DNA from: Lentisphaeria bacterium
GTDB taxonomy: Bacteria > Verrucomicrobiota > Lentisphaeria > Victivallales > UBA1829
Reading direction: 5' to 3'
Assembly: GCA_017503375.1 (NCBI GenBank)
Contig: JAFVTF010000071.1
Coordinates: 3,036 to 67,035, forward strand
Length of the DNA stretch: 64,000 bases
Positions within the stretch are counted from its first letter, which is position 1. The number at the start of each line of letters is the position of its first letter. This document shows, one piece after another, positions 43,142 to 52,314 of the stretch. The notes under the pieces were generated by a model. That model ran no database searches, was not told the DNA's origin, and was given only the letters and a program-made list of their open reading frames with translations. Both the position numbers and the translations under genes were made by a program.

Positions 43142-45742
43142 TCAGCGTCTGGAAAAAATAAAGTTTCTGATTGTTTCCAGCGGGATCACAAGGAATGCCA
43201 GCAGAACACAGATTCCCCAGGATTGAGCAGAGAGCGGTGTGACAGAAAGTACTTTTCCGCCGAATGTCACAAAGAGGAACTGCAGGCAGATGATGCCCAG
43301 CATGACAAAGATAAAGTTCGGATTTTTGCTCAAACCTTTCACCGGGTTGAAATGAGTGCTGCGTGCATTGAAGCCGTTGAAGGTGATCGCCATCATAAAG
43401 GTTGCAAAAACAGCAGACCGCAGATAGGTGATATCTGTTGTTCCGAACAGTTTCCGGATGGGATCCCAGAAGAGAATCGCAAGACAGATGAATGTGATAT
43501 ATGCCGCATTGAAGATAATTTCAAAGAACATGTCTCCGTTCACGATACTTTCAGAACGGGGAATGGGTTTGTCTTTCATGTAATCCTTCAATGCAGGTTC
43601 GCTGCCGAATGCAATCGCTGCGAGAGTATCCATGGCAAGGTTGACCAGCAAAAGCTGAACAACTGTCAGAACCACATTGTCTTTCACTCCGATCATAGGT
43701 CCGAGGAAGCAGGTGAGAACAGCTGCAACGTTGACCGTCAGCTGGAAGATCAGGAATTTACGGATGCTCTGGAACATGGTACGTCCGTAGAGAATCGCCT
43801 TTTCAATGGAGAGAAAGTTGTCGTCGAGAATTGTGATATCTCCGGCAGCTTTGGCAACTTCTGTCCCGCTGCCCATTGCGAATCCGACGTCAGCTTTTTT
43901 CAGGGCAGGGGAGTCATTGACACCGTCTCCAGTCATACCGACGACCAGGTTCAATTCCTGTGCGATACGGACCAATCGGCTCTTATCTGTGGGAAGAGAA
44001 CGTGCAACAACTCGCAAGTTCGGGAGAATCTGCTTCAGTTCATCATCGCTCTTTTCCGCCATTTCAGCAGAGGTGAGTGCAACATCCTGCGGTGAGGTGA
44101 GCAATCCGGATTCTTTTGCAATGGCAACTGCGGTTTCTTTTCTGTCACCGGTGACTATGACAACCTGAATTCCTGCATTCTGAACCTCCCGGATTGCTTC
44201 AACAGCTTCTTTCCGGACATTGTCGCGGATGCTGAGAAGGCAGACAAGGGTCAGGTTTTCATCATGGTTATCGCCGATTGCCTTTGCAACAGCCAGAAGA
44301 CGCATGGAACGTCCTGCTTGAGTATCAATATATGCTGTCAGAAAATTCTTTTCAACAAGTTCTTTTTCCGCACCGTTTTCATCAATGTAACGGGCACATT
44401 TTTCCAGAATCTTTTCCGGCGCACCTTTGATATAGGTGATATTTGCACCGTCACGGCTGACTGTTACGCTGGAATATTTTTTGCTGGAATCAAAGGGGTC
44501 AAAAGAGCGGACTTCTGATTTGTTCATGCTTTTATCAAGTTTTGAATCAACCAGAAATGACATGAGCGCACGGTCTGTGCTGTTTCCGCCGATGATATTT
44601 CCATTGCTGACAGAGGCACTGTTGTTGACTCCGATTCCTGTAATGACATCCAAAGCCAGGGAGGACGGCATTTCTTTCAGTGACTGGAACGGACGGACAT
44701 TTCCTGTAACCAGTTCCACAACAGAAAGTCTGCCTTCTGTAATCGTTCCTGTTTTATCTGTAAAGAGCAGAGAAAGACTTCCGGCTGTTTCCAAACCGTT
44801 GATTTTGCGGACAAGCACATTGTCTTTTGCCATCTTCAAACTTTGCAGAGAAAGCAGGATGGATGTCAGCATGGGCAATCCTTCGGGAACGGCACAAACG
44901 ATAATCGTGACAGCCACCGTAACAGCATTCATCAGCAGGCTGATCCATTCGAGGACCCCACTGGGTGAATCGCCGGTGACAATTGTCCGGATGATAATTC
45001 CGGCAACAATGGCAATTGCTCCGATATATCCGAACGTGGAAATCTGTTTGGCAAGTTTCGCAAGTTTTACCTGAAGCGGGGTTGCACGGGTGGCTTCCTG
45101 AACTTCCAGAGCCAATTCTCCGAACAGTGTTCTATCCCCGACAACTTTCACTTCCATATATGCTTCTCCGCCGCAGACAACTGTACCGCGATAGACATAA
45201 TGTTTGTTCAGAAGATCTTTAACATTATATTCTGTTCCGGGTTCGCAAACCTTCTTTGTCGCTTCTTCGGTTTCTCCGTTCAGAACAGCCTGATCGACTT
45301 TGACTTCATTCCAGATGATTTCACCATCGGCACAAATCTTATCGCCTGCCTGAAGGAAAACGATGTCTCCGACAACAACATCATTGACATGCAATTCAAT
45401 AAGTTCACCATTCCGGAAGACTTTTGCCATTTCTTTGGCTTCTTCTTCCGCTTTCAGGGCTGAGGCTTTCCGTTCCTGGCTGCTTTCACTGATGGAAGAA
45501 ACCCCGTTGGCAATCACAATGGCAATCAGAATACCGACAGGTTCAAACCATTCGGCTTTCCCGAGGAAACACATCACGACCTGCACAATCAAGGCCACGA
45601 TCAGGATCATAATCATCGGATCGGTAAAACCATGCAGAATTTTCTTCCACAGCGGATCCGGCGGGATTTGGGTCAACACATTGGAACCATGTTCCTTGCG
45701 GCTTTTTTCTACAGCTTCTGTACTGAGACCTTGGGGTGTCAT
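43142..45742 (-). CDS. P-type ATPase, type II (calcium-translocating type)
   Basis: It has the phosphorylation site DKTGTITEG, the TM4 motif VPEGLP, the hinge MTGDGVNDSPALKKADVGFAMG, and the N-terminal cation-ATPase-N-like GLSTEAVEKSRKEHGSNVL. Confidence 0.85.
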   Translation of the reverse strand: MTPQGLSTEAVEKSRKEHGSNVLTQIPPDPLWKKILHGFTDPMIMILIVALIVQVVMCFLGKAEWFEPVGILIAIVIANGVSSISESSQERKASALKAEEEAKEMAKVFRNGELIELHVNDVVVGDIVFLQAGDKICADGEIIWNEVKVDQAVLNGETEEATKKVCEPGTEYNVKDLLNKHYVYRGTVVCGGEAYMEVKVVGDRTLFGELALEVQEATRATPLQVKLAKLAKQISTFGYIGAIAIVAGIIIRTIVTGDSPSGVLEWISLLMNAVTVAVTIIVCAVPEGLPMLTSILLSLQSLKMAKDNVLVRKINGLETAGSLSLLFTDKTGTITEGRLSVVELVTGNVRPFQSLKEMPSSLALDVITGIGVNNSASVSNGNIIGGNSTDRALMSFLVDSKLDKSMNKSEVRSFDPFDSSKKYSSVTVSRDGANITYIKGAPEKILEKCARYIDENGAEKELVEKNFLTAYIDTQAGRSMRLLAVAKAIGDNHDENLTLVCLLSIRDNVRKEAVEAIREVQNAGIQVVIVTGDRKETAVAIAKESGLLTSPQDVALTSAEMAEKSDDELKQILPNLRVVARSLPTDKSRLVRIAQELNLVVGMTGDGVNDSPALKKADVGFAMGSGTEVAKAAGDITILDDNFLSIEKAILYGRTMFQSIRKFLIFQLTVNVAAVLTCFLGPMIGVKDNVVLTVVQLLLVNLAMDTLAAIAFGSEPALKDYMKDKPIPRSESIVNGDMFFEIIFNAAYITFICLAILFWDPIRKLFGTTDITYLRSAVFATFMMAITFNGFNARSTHFNPVKGLSKNPNFIFVMLGIICLQFLFVTFGGKVLSVTPLSAQSWGICVLLAFLVIPLETIRNFIFSRR

Positions 45743-45881
45743 AAATTACCTTTCTTTGAGTTATAGCATTTTATTAAAATCATCATCCCTGAAATATACT
45801 TCAACTTTATGAAAATGCAATGTACTGTAAAAAAACTTTTATTGATATTTTCTTTTTTTTCAAAAATCTATTTTTGCTGTT

Positions 45882-45910
45882 TGACAATTCTTCGTTTCAG
45901 TGCTAATTTT
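45882..45910 (+). promoter_or_regulatory. sigma70-like promoter (TTGACA-17-TAATTT with an upstream TGc)
   Basis: TTGACA at 45882..45887 and TAATTT at 45905..45910. It lies downstream of the track start 45809, which supports ATG 45962 as the gene start. Confidence 0.45.
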
Positions 45911-45961
45911 GTTAGAACGGAATTTTTTTCATCAAACAACAATCTGATAGAGGTTTTTCTT

Positions 45962-46984
45962 ATGAAACTCACCCGTGAACAACGAATGAAACTGCATATT
46001 GCTCTTGAACATCTTCTGATCAAGGTCAGAGAAATGAAAAAAGCACATCCGGAAATCAAGGAGGGTACAACAGAAGCTCCCCGTCCGGAAGGTTATGTGG
46101 AAGATGATCCCCTGAGATACCCCGGAAATACAGAGTGGGTCAATCTCATCAATCCGGAAAATGAAGAATTTGACAAGGTTATTCTGGAGATATTGGCAAC
46201 GGCTCCGAAACCGGATCCTGCAAAAATGGCAAAACTGACTGATGAAAATTTGTGGGTCTGGGGCGGTCCGACGCCTTCCTGGTGCGGATCCATGGCAGAT
46301 GATACACTCGTGCGCGGTGCCGATTATTTCGGCGCAAAAAATGTCGTTTATGTTTACGGTCCGACAAATGAACACATGATGCAGATGCACAGCAAGTATA
46401 ATAAGATGCTTTGTCAGATCAACAGCAATTGCCGGACAGCCGGTGCTCAAGGCAATCTCACAGATGAGGAAAATGCTGAATATCTGAGCAAACTCTCTCT
46501 GCAATATCCCAATATCGTCGGTGCAATGTGCGATGATGTATCTGTCAAATTCCTCAATATCGCTCTTCCGGAAGGGTTTGCAGAACGTTATCATGCACTG
46601 AAAAAATACAACAGCAAGTTGAAAATGTACGGAACCATTTATGTCGGGGAACCGGAAACAAAAGACTTGTCTCTGATCGAACCGTATCTGGATGTGATCA
46701 ACCTCTGGTTCTGGAACAAAGATTCCATTCTTTTCTATGATGAACACATTGAAGCTTGTCAGAAAGCATTCCCCGGAAAGCCTATCCTTCAGGGAATCTT
46801 CATGCATGAATACGGCAGAACCAATGCCGGAAATCTGATTGAACTGCTGAAATATCAGCTTGATAAGGCGCGTGAATATATGGCAAAGGGAATTGTGGAA
46901 GGTGTCGTGATCCTCGGTGACCGTGAAATCAAAAAATGGCCGGCAGTTGCAGAAGCACTCCGGGAATATCTTCAGAATCAATAA
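45962..46984 (+). CDS. conserved hypothetical protein, same uncharacterised family as 986..1789, with an extra N-terminal helical segment
   Basis: The start is set at MKLTREQRMKLHIALEHL. See the shared motifs listed for 986..1789. Confidence 0.7.
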   Translation: MKLTREQRMKLHIALEHLLIKVREMKKAHPEIKEGTTEAPRPEGYVEDDPLRYPGNTEWVNLINPENEEFDKVILEILATAPKPDPAKMAKLTDENLWVWGGPTPSWCGSMADDTLVRGADYFGAKNVVYVYGPTNEHMMQMHSKYNKMLCQINSNCRTAGAQGNLTDEENAEYLSKLSLQYPNIVGAMCDDVSVKFLNIALPEGFAERYHALKKYNSKLKMYGTIYVGEPETKDLSLIEPYLDVINLWFWNKDSILFYDEHIEACQKAFPGKPILQGIFMHEYGRTNAGNLIELLKYQLDKAREYMAKGIVEGVVILGDREIKKWPAVAEALREYLQNQ

Positions 46985-47019
46985 CGGTTCCGCAATCGGT
47001 TTGAAGTTGGAGGCAAGGT

Positions 47020-47508
47020 ATGATTTATTCCTGTCCAGTTTGTAAAACGAAACTTATTCTTCAGCCGGAACATTCCGGACAGGAAGTCCAGTGTCCGGAA
47101 TGTGAAAACACGTTCATCCCGGAAAAAGTGCCGCCTGTGGAAGTCTATTGTCCGGAATCTGCACCTGTCAGCTTTTTCAGAATTTTTCAGATCGTGATCT
47201 ATTCCGTTCTTTCTGTTCTGATCATCGGAATCGTCTGTCTGGTATTGTTCTTATCGGCAAAAAGCATGTTCCCGGAATATTTCAAAATGCAGGAACCCGG
47301 GATGAAATATTCTGAATTACAGAAAGCCCGGCAGACAGCTTTGGAGGAAGAAGATCGGAAACAGCGAAATGCTGTAAATTACGAACGGAGAATCCAGCTG
47401 CAGCGATTTGCTGAAAATGAGGAAGAACGTTCGATCAGAGAGAAAAATCAGGAAGCTGAAAAGGCTTTTCTGAGGGAATTTGACCGTATGCAGAAGGAGA
47501 AAAAATAG
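47020..47508 (+). CDS. zinc-ribbon membrane protein with a charged C-terminal helix
   Basis: It has the motif CPVCKTKL...CPECENTF (CxxC-x17-CxxC), a TM segment FRIFQIVIYSVLSVLIIGIVCLVLFL, and then a Glu/Lys/Arg-rich tail. Confidence 0.6.
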   Translation: MIYSCPVCKTKLILQPEHSGQEVQCPECENTFIPEKVPPVEVYCPESAPVSFFRIFQIVIYSVLSVLIIGIVCLVLFLSAKSMFPEYFKMQEPGMKYSELQKARQTALEEEDRKQRNAVNYERRIQLQRFAENEEERSIREKNQEAEKAFLREFDRMQKEKK

Positions 47509-49220
47509 TGATAAGAAAAATTTTTTTCGCAGCCATTTTTATTATCGGAAGTTTGACAGTTGATGTGTATGGAGACAATATGAAAAAAATAAAAAACACC
47601 ATTGAAAAACAACAATTCAGCGGAGTTGTTCTTCCTGCAGAATGGAAGTTGTTCCGTTCGGACTTTTTCACCAGTCAGGATGCCGCCGCAGCACGTTTTG
47701 AGGATGATTTCCTGATTCCGTTTCAGGGAAAGGATAAAATCAAGCCGGTTATCCTGAAACCTGCCAGGATTCTTGATCTGACACTCGGAAAAAAACATGC
47801 CAGAGAAAACCGTGCAATCCTTGCCGGGGTGATTTATTCCGAAAAACCGCAGACGATTTATGTCGGTTTCGGGGCAGACTGGTGGATTGACGGTTTCTGC
47901 AACGGTGCTTACATCGGCGGAACTGATGTCGGCGGAAATGACAACTGGCCGCCATCAGCACAGGACCGTGTTTTCCCGCTGAATTTGAGAGCCGGCCGGA
48001 ATGATCTGACATTTTTTGTTACTCCGGGAAGCGGTTCCTGGGGTGTTGCTGTTGAGTTCTTTGCAAAATGCGATGATCCCGATATTCCGCCGCGCCGTTT
48101 GCCGGAACCGGGAATCGCATTCCAGCCTTATATTACAAATCTTGCTGAGGATTCTGTAACGATCACATATCTTCTCAATGGAAGACAGCCCCTTCAGCTG
48201 GAGTACCGTCAGGCAGGAACAAAAGAATGGAGCACAATGAGCAAACTGAGAGGCGGACAGATCATTGATGAAAAACCGATCTTGCAATTCAAATTGACCG
48301 GATTGAAACCGGATACGACTTATGAATACAGAGCATTGCGGAGAGTTCCTCCTTATTATTTTGGGGGATCCCGTGAAAAAATCCATACCTTCAGAACATG
48401 GTCCGGAAAGAGCCAGAGCTATACATTCTTCCTCATGGGCGATACTCAGGATACCAGCAAAAAGAAAAATCTTGCCCGGATGAGAATCGTACAGAAAGCG
48501 TTTCCCGAAGTGAAAAAATGCAGTTTTTTTGTTCATGTGGGAGATTTTCATGGAGTGATCAATCACTTCCGCAACGATGTATTTGACAGTGTCCTGAAAA
48601 CGATTCCCAGCGAAATGTATATCGTTGCTGCCAGAGGAAATCATGAATTTGAAGGAGCGGAAGCTCAGCAGTGGGTCGATCATTTCAGCTACAGCACCGG
48701 AAAGAGTTACGGTATGTTCCGTGCCGGAGAAGTCTGCTATATTGTGCTTGATACCGGACATCATCTGGGAAAATATTCCAGAAATTCCCACAATGTACAT
48801 ATGGGATTGAATTACCTTGATACCCTTTTGGAAGAGCAGACCGCATGGCTGAAAGAAGCTGTAAAAAGTCCGGAATTTCAAACAGCCAAGTTCCGGATCG
48901 CCATCGCTCACGTAGCACCGCATGGTCAGTCCGACAGTTTCAAGCACATGGTTCCCCGGACTCAGAAAATGGTTCAGGATGTATTCAAAAATTCCAAATA
49001 TCCTCTTGATCTCTGGCTTGCGGGACATACTCATGTTTACAAGCGGATACCGGCTCATCCGGAATGGAACTTCCCAGTGATCGTTGTCGGCGGCGGTGGC
49101 CCCAATGCCGAAAAACGCCCCGGTCTGGCATTGTTGTTCGATGTTCAGCCCGGAAAGATCACGATGAAAGCTTTGAATGCAGATGGTTCCGTTTGCGATA
49201 CCTTTGAGCTGAAAAAGTAA
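47508..49220 (+). CDS. calcineurin-like metallophosphoesterase (purple-acid-phosphatase-like) with an N-terminal accessory domain
   Basis: The metallophosphoesterase blocks FFLMGDTQD, VHVGDF, ARGNHE, IAIAHVAP and LAGHTHVY are present. The N-terminus is signal-like (IRKIFFAAIFIIGSL). The GTG start overlaps the upstream TAG by 1 nt. Confidence 0.75.
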   Translation: MIRKIFFAAIFIIGSLTVDVYGDNMKKIKNTIEKQQFSGVVLPAEWKLFRSDFFTSQDAAAARFEDDFLIPFQGKDKIKPVILKPARILDLTLGKKHARENRAILAGVIYSEKPQTIYVGFGADWWIDGFCNGAYIGGTDVGGNDNWPPSAQDRVFPLNLRAGRNDLTFFVTPGSGSWGVAVEFFAKCDDPDIPPRRLPEPGIAFQPYITNLAEDSVTITYLLNGRQPLQLEYRQAGTKEWSTMSKLRGGQIIDEKPILQFKLTGLKPDTTYEYRALRRVPPYYFGGSREKIHTFRTWSGKSQSYTFFLMGDTQDTSKKKNLARMRIVQKAFPEVKKCSFFVHVGDFHGVINHFRNDVFDSVLKTIPSEMYIVAARGNHEFEGAEAQQWVDHFSYSTGKSYGMFRAGEVCYIVLDTGHHLGKYSRNSHNVHMGLNYLDTLLEEQTAWLKEAVKSPEFQTAKFRIAIAHVAPHGQSDSFKHMVPRTQKMVQDVFKNSKYPLDLWLAGHTHVYKRIPAHPEWNFPVIVVGGGGPNAEKRPGLALLFDVQPGKITMKALNADGSVCDTFELKK

Positions 49221-49268
49221 ACCGTATCTTTCAGAAGGGACTGTGAAAAAGCAGTCCCGTGGAATAAC

Positions 49269-49309
49269 AGACTTTGAATGGATATATGTTTCTGTTCAAA
49301 GTCTTTTTT
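49269..49309 (+). terminator. rho-independent terminator
   Basis: Stem AGACTTTGAA (49269..49278) / TTCAAAGTCT (49295..49304), followed by TTTTT. Confidence 0.6.
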
Positions 49310-49348
49310 ATCGGAAAATTTTGTATTCAGGGTAAAAATCCCCGAACA

Positions 49349-49936
49349 TTATTTCAAAATGATTTTTCCGTTTCCAGCTTCCTGAAGGATTTTTTCCAGA
49401 AGAGGAAATTGTTCCTCCGGCAATGTTCCGGTGATTGTGATGTCATCGGAAAAATCCTCTCCGGTACGCTCAAATCCAAGCGGAGCCATTCTGTTCAGAA
49501 CTGTATTGTAAAGCGGATATGGAATTGTGATGCTGACATTCCGCATCGGTATCAGTTCTTTGGTTTCAGCGAGTTCAATTACAGCTTTTGCGGCATCGCT
49601 GTACGCATGAACCAAACCTCCCGTGCCGAGTTTTGTTCCACCGAAATAACGGGCAATTGTGATAAGGGTATTTGTCAAACCGCTGCCTTTCAGTACCGCC
49701 AGAACCGGACGTCCTGCGGTTCCGGAAGGTTCTCCATCATCAGAACAGCCGCAGATATTCTGCTGGGGGCCAAGTGTAAAGGCATAGACGATATGACCTC
49801 CATTATCGTAAGTTTCCTTTTTATGTTTCCACAAAGCCTTTGCTTCTTCGGGGGTATGAACGGTATGAAGTTCAGCAACAAACCGGGAATTTTTGACTTT
49901 TGTTTCCGCTTTCGGTTCATTTTTCAGGATAAGCAT
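49349..49936 (-). CDS. YigZ / IMPACT-family protein
   Basis: The sequence shows KNSRFVAELHTVHTPEEAKALW, GGHIVYAF, SDDGEPSGTAGRPVL and IARYFGGTKLGTGGLVHAY. Confidence 0.8.
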   Translation of the reverse strand: MLILKNEPKAETKVKNSRFVAELHTVHTPEEAKALWKHKKETYDNGGHIVYAFTLGPQQNICGCSDDGEPSGTAGRPVLAVLKGSGLTNTLITIARYFGGTKLGTGGLVHAYSDAAKAVIELAETKELIPMRNVSITIPYPLYNTVLNRMAPLGFERTGEDFSDDITITGTLPEEQFPLLEKILQEAGNGKIILK

Positions 49937-49947
49937 GGCAACACCTC

Positions 49948-50781
49948 TTATGTCCGGAAATTACCGGGTGTTTTTCCATAGTGCTGCCGGAATATTTTTA
50001 TAAAATAACTGCTGTCTTTGAATCCGCATCGGTATGCGATTTCTGCAATCTGCAATGCAGTGTGATGCAGCAGAGAAACTGCATTTTCCAGCCGGATTGT
50101 GGTCAGATATGTGGAAAAACTCACCCCGAATTCCCGTTGGAACAATCTGCTCAGATAAGAGGGACTGATTCCCAGTTTCACGGACGTTTGTTCCAGCGTG
50201 ATTTCCGAAGCATAATTTTGCGTGATAAAAAATTTCGCCTGCTGAATCAGTTTGGAATGTCCCAGATTTGTATTTATCTGTTCTTTTGCCTTCGCCGCAT
50301 GAACGATCGAACAGTAAAACAGCAGCAGAAGTGCATGCAGCTGAACCTGTGCATTCGGAGTACTGATCAGCTTTTTTGACCATAGTTCATAAAGAAAATC
50401 CAGCCGTCTGCGAACTTCTGAGCGTGTTGCAAAATCCAGCCGGTGAAGTTCCACATTGTTGACGGTATTGAAAAAGAGATCAGCCTCCTGCCAGGTGAAA
50501 GAGATCATCATGATCCGCAATCCGCGCAGCGGTTCAAACACATCTCTGTGAAGAACGTGACGCGGAATGAGCAGAAAATCCCCCGCTACAGCCGGATACG
50601 CCAATCCTTCTCCGATTTCCAACGTGCATTTTCCATCAAGAACATACAAAAGTTCATTATTCGCGGATATATGTTTTTCCCGCCAGACATTTTCGTAGTC
50701 TATGACACGAAATGAACTCAGTTCCGGTTGTATGGTCCAGAATTTTTCTTTTTTTTCTCCGTTCACTGATCGCCTTTCCAT
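49948..50781 (-). CDS. AraC-family transcriptional regulator
   Basis: The cupin part is LLYVLDGKCTLEIGE...GDFLLIPRHVLHRD. The HTH part is IAEIAYRCGFKDSSYFIKIFRQHYGKTPGNFR. I prefer ATG 50781 (MERRSV...), because the 32 residues added by the track start 50877 are AT-rich and look non-coding. Confidence 0.75.
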   Translation of the reverse strand: MERRSVNGEKKEKFWTIQPELSSFRVIDYENVWREKHISANNELLYVLDGKCTLEIGEGLAYPAVAGDFLLIPRHVLHRDVFEPLRGLRIMMISFTWQEADLFFNTVNNVELHRLDFATRSEVRRRLDFLYELWSKKLISTPNAQVQLHALLLLFYCSIVHAAKAKEQINTNLGHSKLIQQAKFFITQNYASEITLEQTSVKLGISPSYLSRLFQREFGVSFSTYLTTIRLENAVSLLHHTALQIAEIAYRCGFKDSSYFIKIFRQHYGKTPGNFRT

Positions 50782-51003
50782 GATTGAGTATTCTTCTGGT
50801 AATGTAATCTCATTATGAATTTTTGCAAATGGATTTTTTATAAAACGTTTTTTCTGAAAAAAAACAGTAAAGGTCATAAAAGTTATATAATTGTCAAAAA
50901 AATGTTATTGTTTGAATGTTGATTTTCATAAAACAGCAGATATATTAAACGCAGAGAATGAATTAACCCTTTCATAAAAACCAAAAAGAAAAGGAATTTC
51001 AAA

Positions 51004-52314
51004 ATGTCCGAACAACTCGCAATTTATGGTGGAACCCCGTCCGTTGATGTCAGCAAAGTCGCTCCCTGGCCGCCTGTCAACGAAATTGATGAAAAACTTG
51101 TTCTTGAAACTCTTCGCGGAAGAGTTCAGACCCGTGGTGAACAGAACCTTGCATTTGAAAAAGAATTCCGTGAATGGAATGGGAATGATTTTGCCCTTTT
51201 CACAAACTCCGGAACAGCAGCTCTGCACATGTGTCTCGTCGGCTGCGGAATCGGGGCAGGGGACCATGTTCTGGTGACAGCATACAGCTGGAGTTCCAGT
51301 GCAACCTGTATTCTTCACCATGATGCTATTCCGATTTTTGTTGATATTGATCCCGAAACCTTCCTGATGGATCCGGATAAGATCGAAGCAGCAATCACCC
51401 CGCGTACCAAAGCGATCATCGTTGTTCAGCTCCATGGTCTCTGCAACGATATGGACAAGATCAATGCGATTGCAAAGAAACACAATCTGAAAGTCATCGA
51501 AGATGCATGTCAGGCACACGGTGCAATGTACAAAGGCAAAAAAGCCGGTACTCTCGGTGACTGTGCAGCATTCAGTTTCAATCAGAACAAGTGCTTGAGC
51601 TGCGGCGAAGGCGGTATGTTTGTAACCAACAGCCAGGAAATTTTTGATCAGGCTGCAAAACTCTGGAGTTTCGGAGAAACTGCACGTCCGGAACAGCGCC
51701 GTGACTATCACGCTTATGCACTCGGCTGGATGTACCGCAACAATGAAATCACTGCAGCTTACGGACGCGCTCAGCTTTCCAAATATGATTTCTATTTCAA
51801 CACACTTCGCAACAATGGCGAATATCTGCTGAAGAATCTTGCCGGAACCCCGAATCTGATGCTTCCCTATGAACCGGAATGGGCAACTCATAACTGGTAT
51901 AACTTCAACCTCCGTGTTGATTTCGCCAAGATGGGCGTGACGGATCCTGCTGAACAGGTCAAATTCCGTGATGCAGTTGCGGCGGCTCTTTGCGATGAAG
52001 GTATCGTTGCAAGTGTCTGGCAGCGGTTCATTCTTCCTGAAATGACAGTGTTCGCTGCCAAGAATGCTTACGGTATGGGTTATCCCTGGAGCATTCCCGG
52101 CGCAGATGAAGGTGTTGATTACAGTCTTGAAAAATTCCCGAATGCTCTGGAATACAGCCGGAAACATATTTCCATCGTTCACACTCTGCGCGCTCCCAAC
52201 GGGCTTGACATTGCTGAACAGGTTCGTCAGGGTATCGCAAAAGTCTTCAACAACCTTGACAAGATTGATCCTGAAAAGATTCAGGCAATTGTGGAAGCCC
52301 GGAGAAAAAAATAA
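51004..52314 (+). CDS. DegT/DnrJ/EryC1/StrS-family PLP-dependent aminotransferase
   Basis: FEKEFREWNGNDFALFTNSGTAALHM, IIVVQLHGLCNDMDKI, and the PLP-lysine region AFSFNQNKCLSCGEGGM are present. Confidence 0.8.
   Translation: MSEQLAIYGGTPSVDVSKVAPWPPVNEIDEKLVLETLRGRVQTRGEQNLAFEKEFREWNGNDFALFTNSGTAALHMCLVGCGIGAGDHVLVTAYSWSSSATCILHHDAIPIFVDIDPETFLMDPDKIEAAITPRTKAIIVVQLHGLCNDMDKINAIAKKHNLKVIEDACQAHGAMYKGKKAGTLGDCAAFSFNQNKCLSCGEGGMFVTNSQEIFDQAAKLWSFGETARPEQRRDYHAYALGWMYRNNEITAAYGRAQLSKYDFYFNTLRNNGEYLLKNLAGTPNLMLPYEPEWATHNWYNFNLRVDFAKMGVTDPAEQVKFRDAVAAALCDEGIVASVWQRFILPEMTVFAAKNAYGMGYPWSIPGADEGVDYSLEKFPNALEYSRKHISIVHTLRAPNGLDIAEQVRQGIAKVFNNLDKIDPEKIQAIVEARRKK

Noticed and set aside
45809-45961. 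The upstream starts given by the track for 45809..46984 and, similarly, for 18080..19735, 28029..29033, 33853..34539, 39342..40133, 26775..27338 and 49948..50877.
   Set aside because: The added N-terminal residues are AT-rich and non-homologous. They lie upstream of predicted promoters or inside upstream genes, while internal ATGs have good RBSs and give canonical N-termini.
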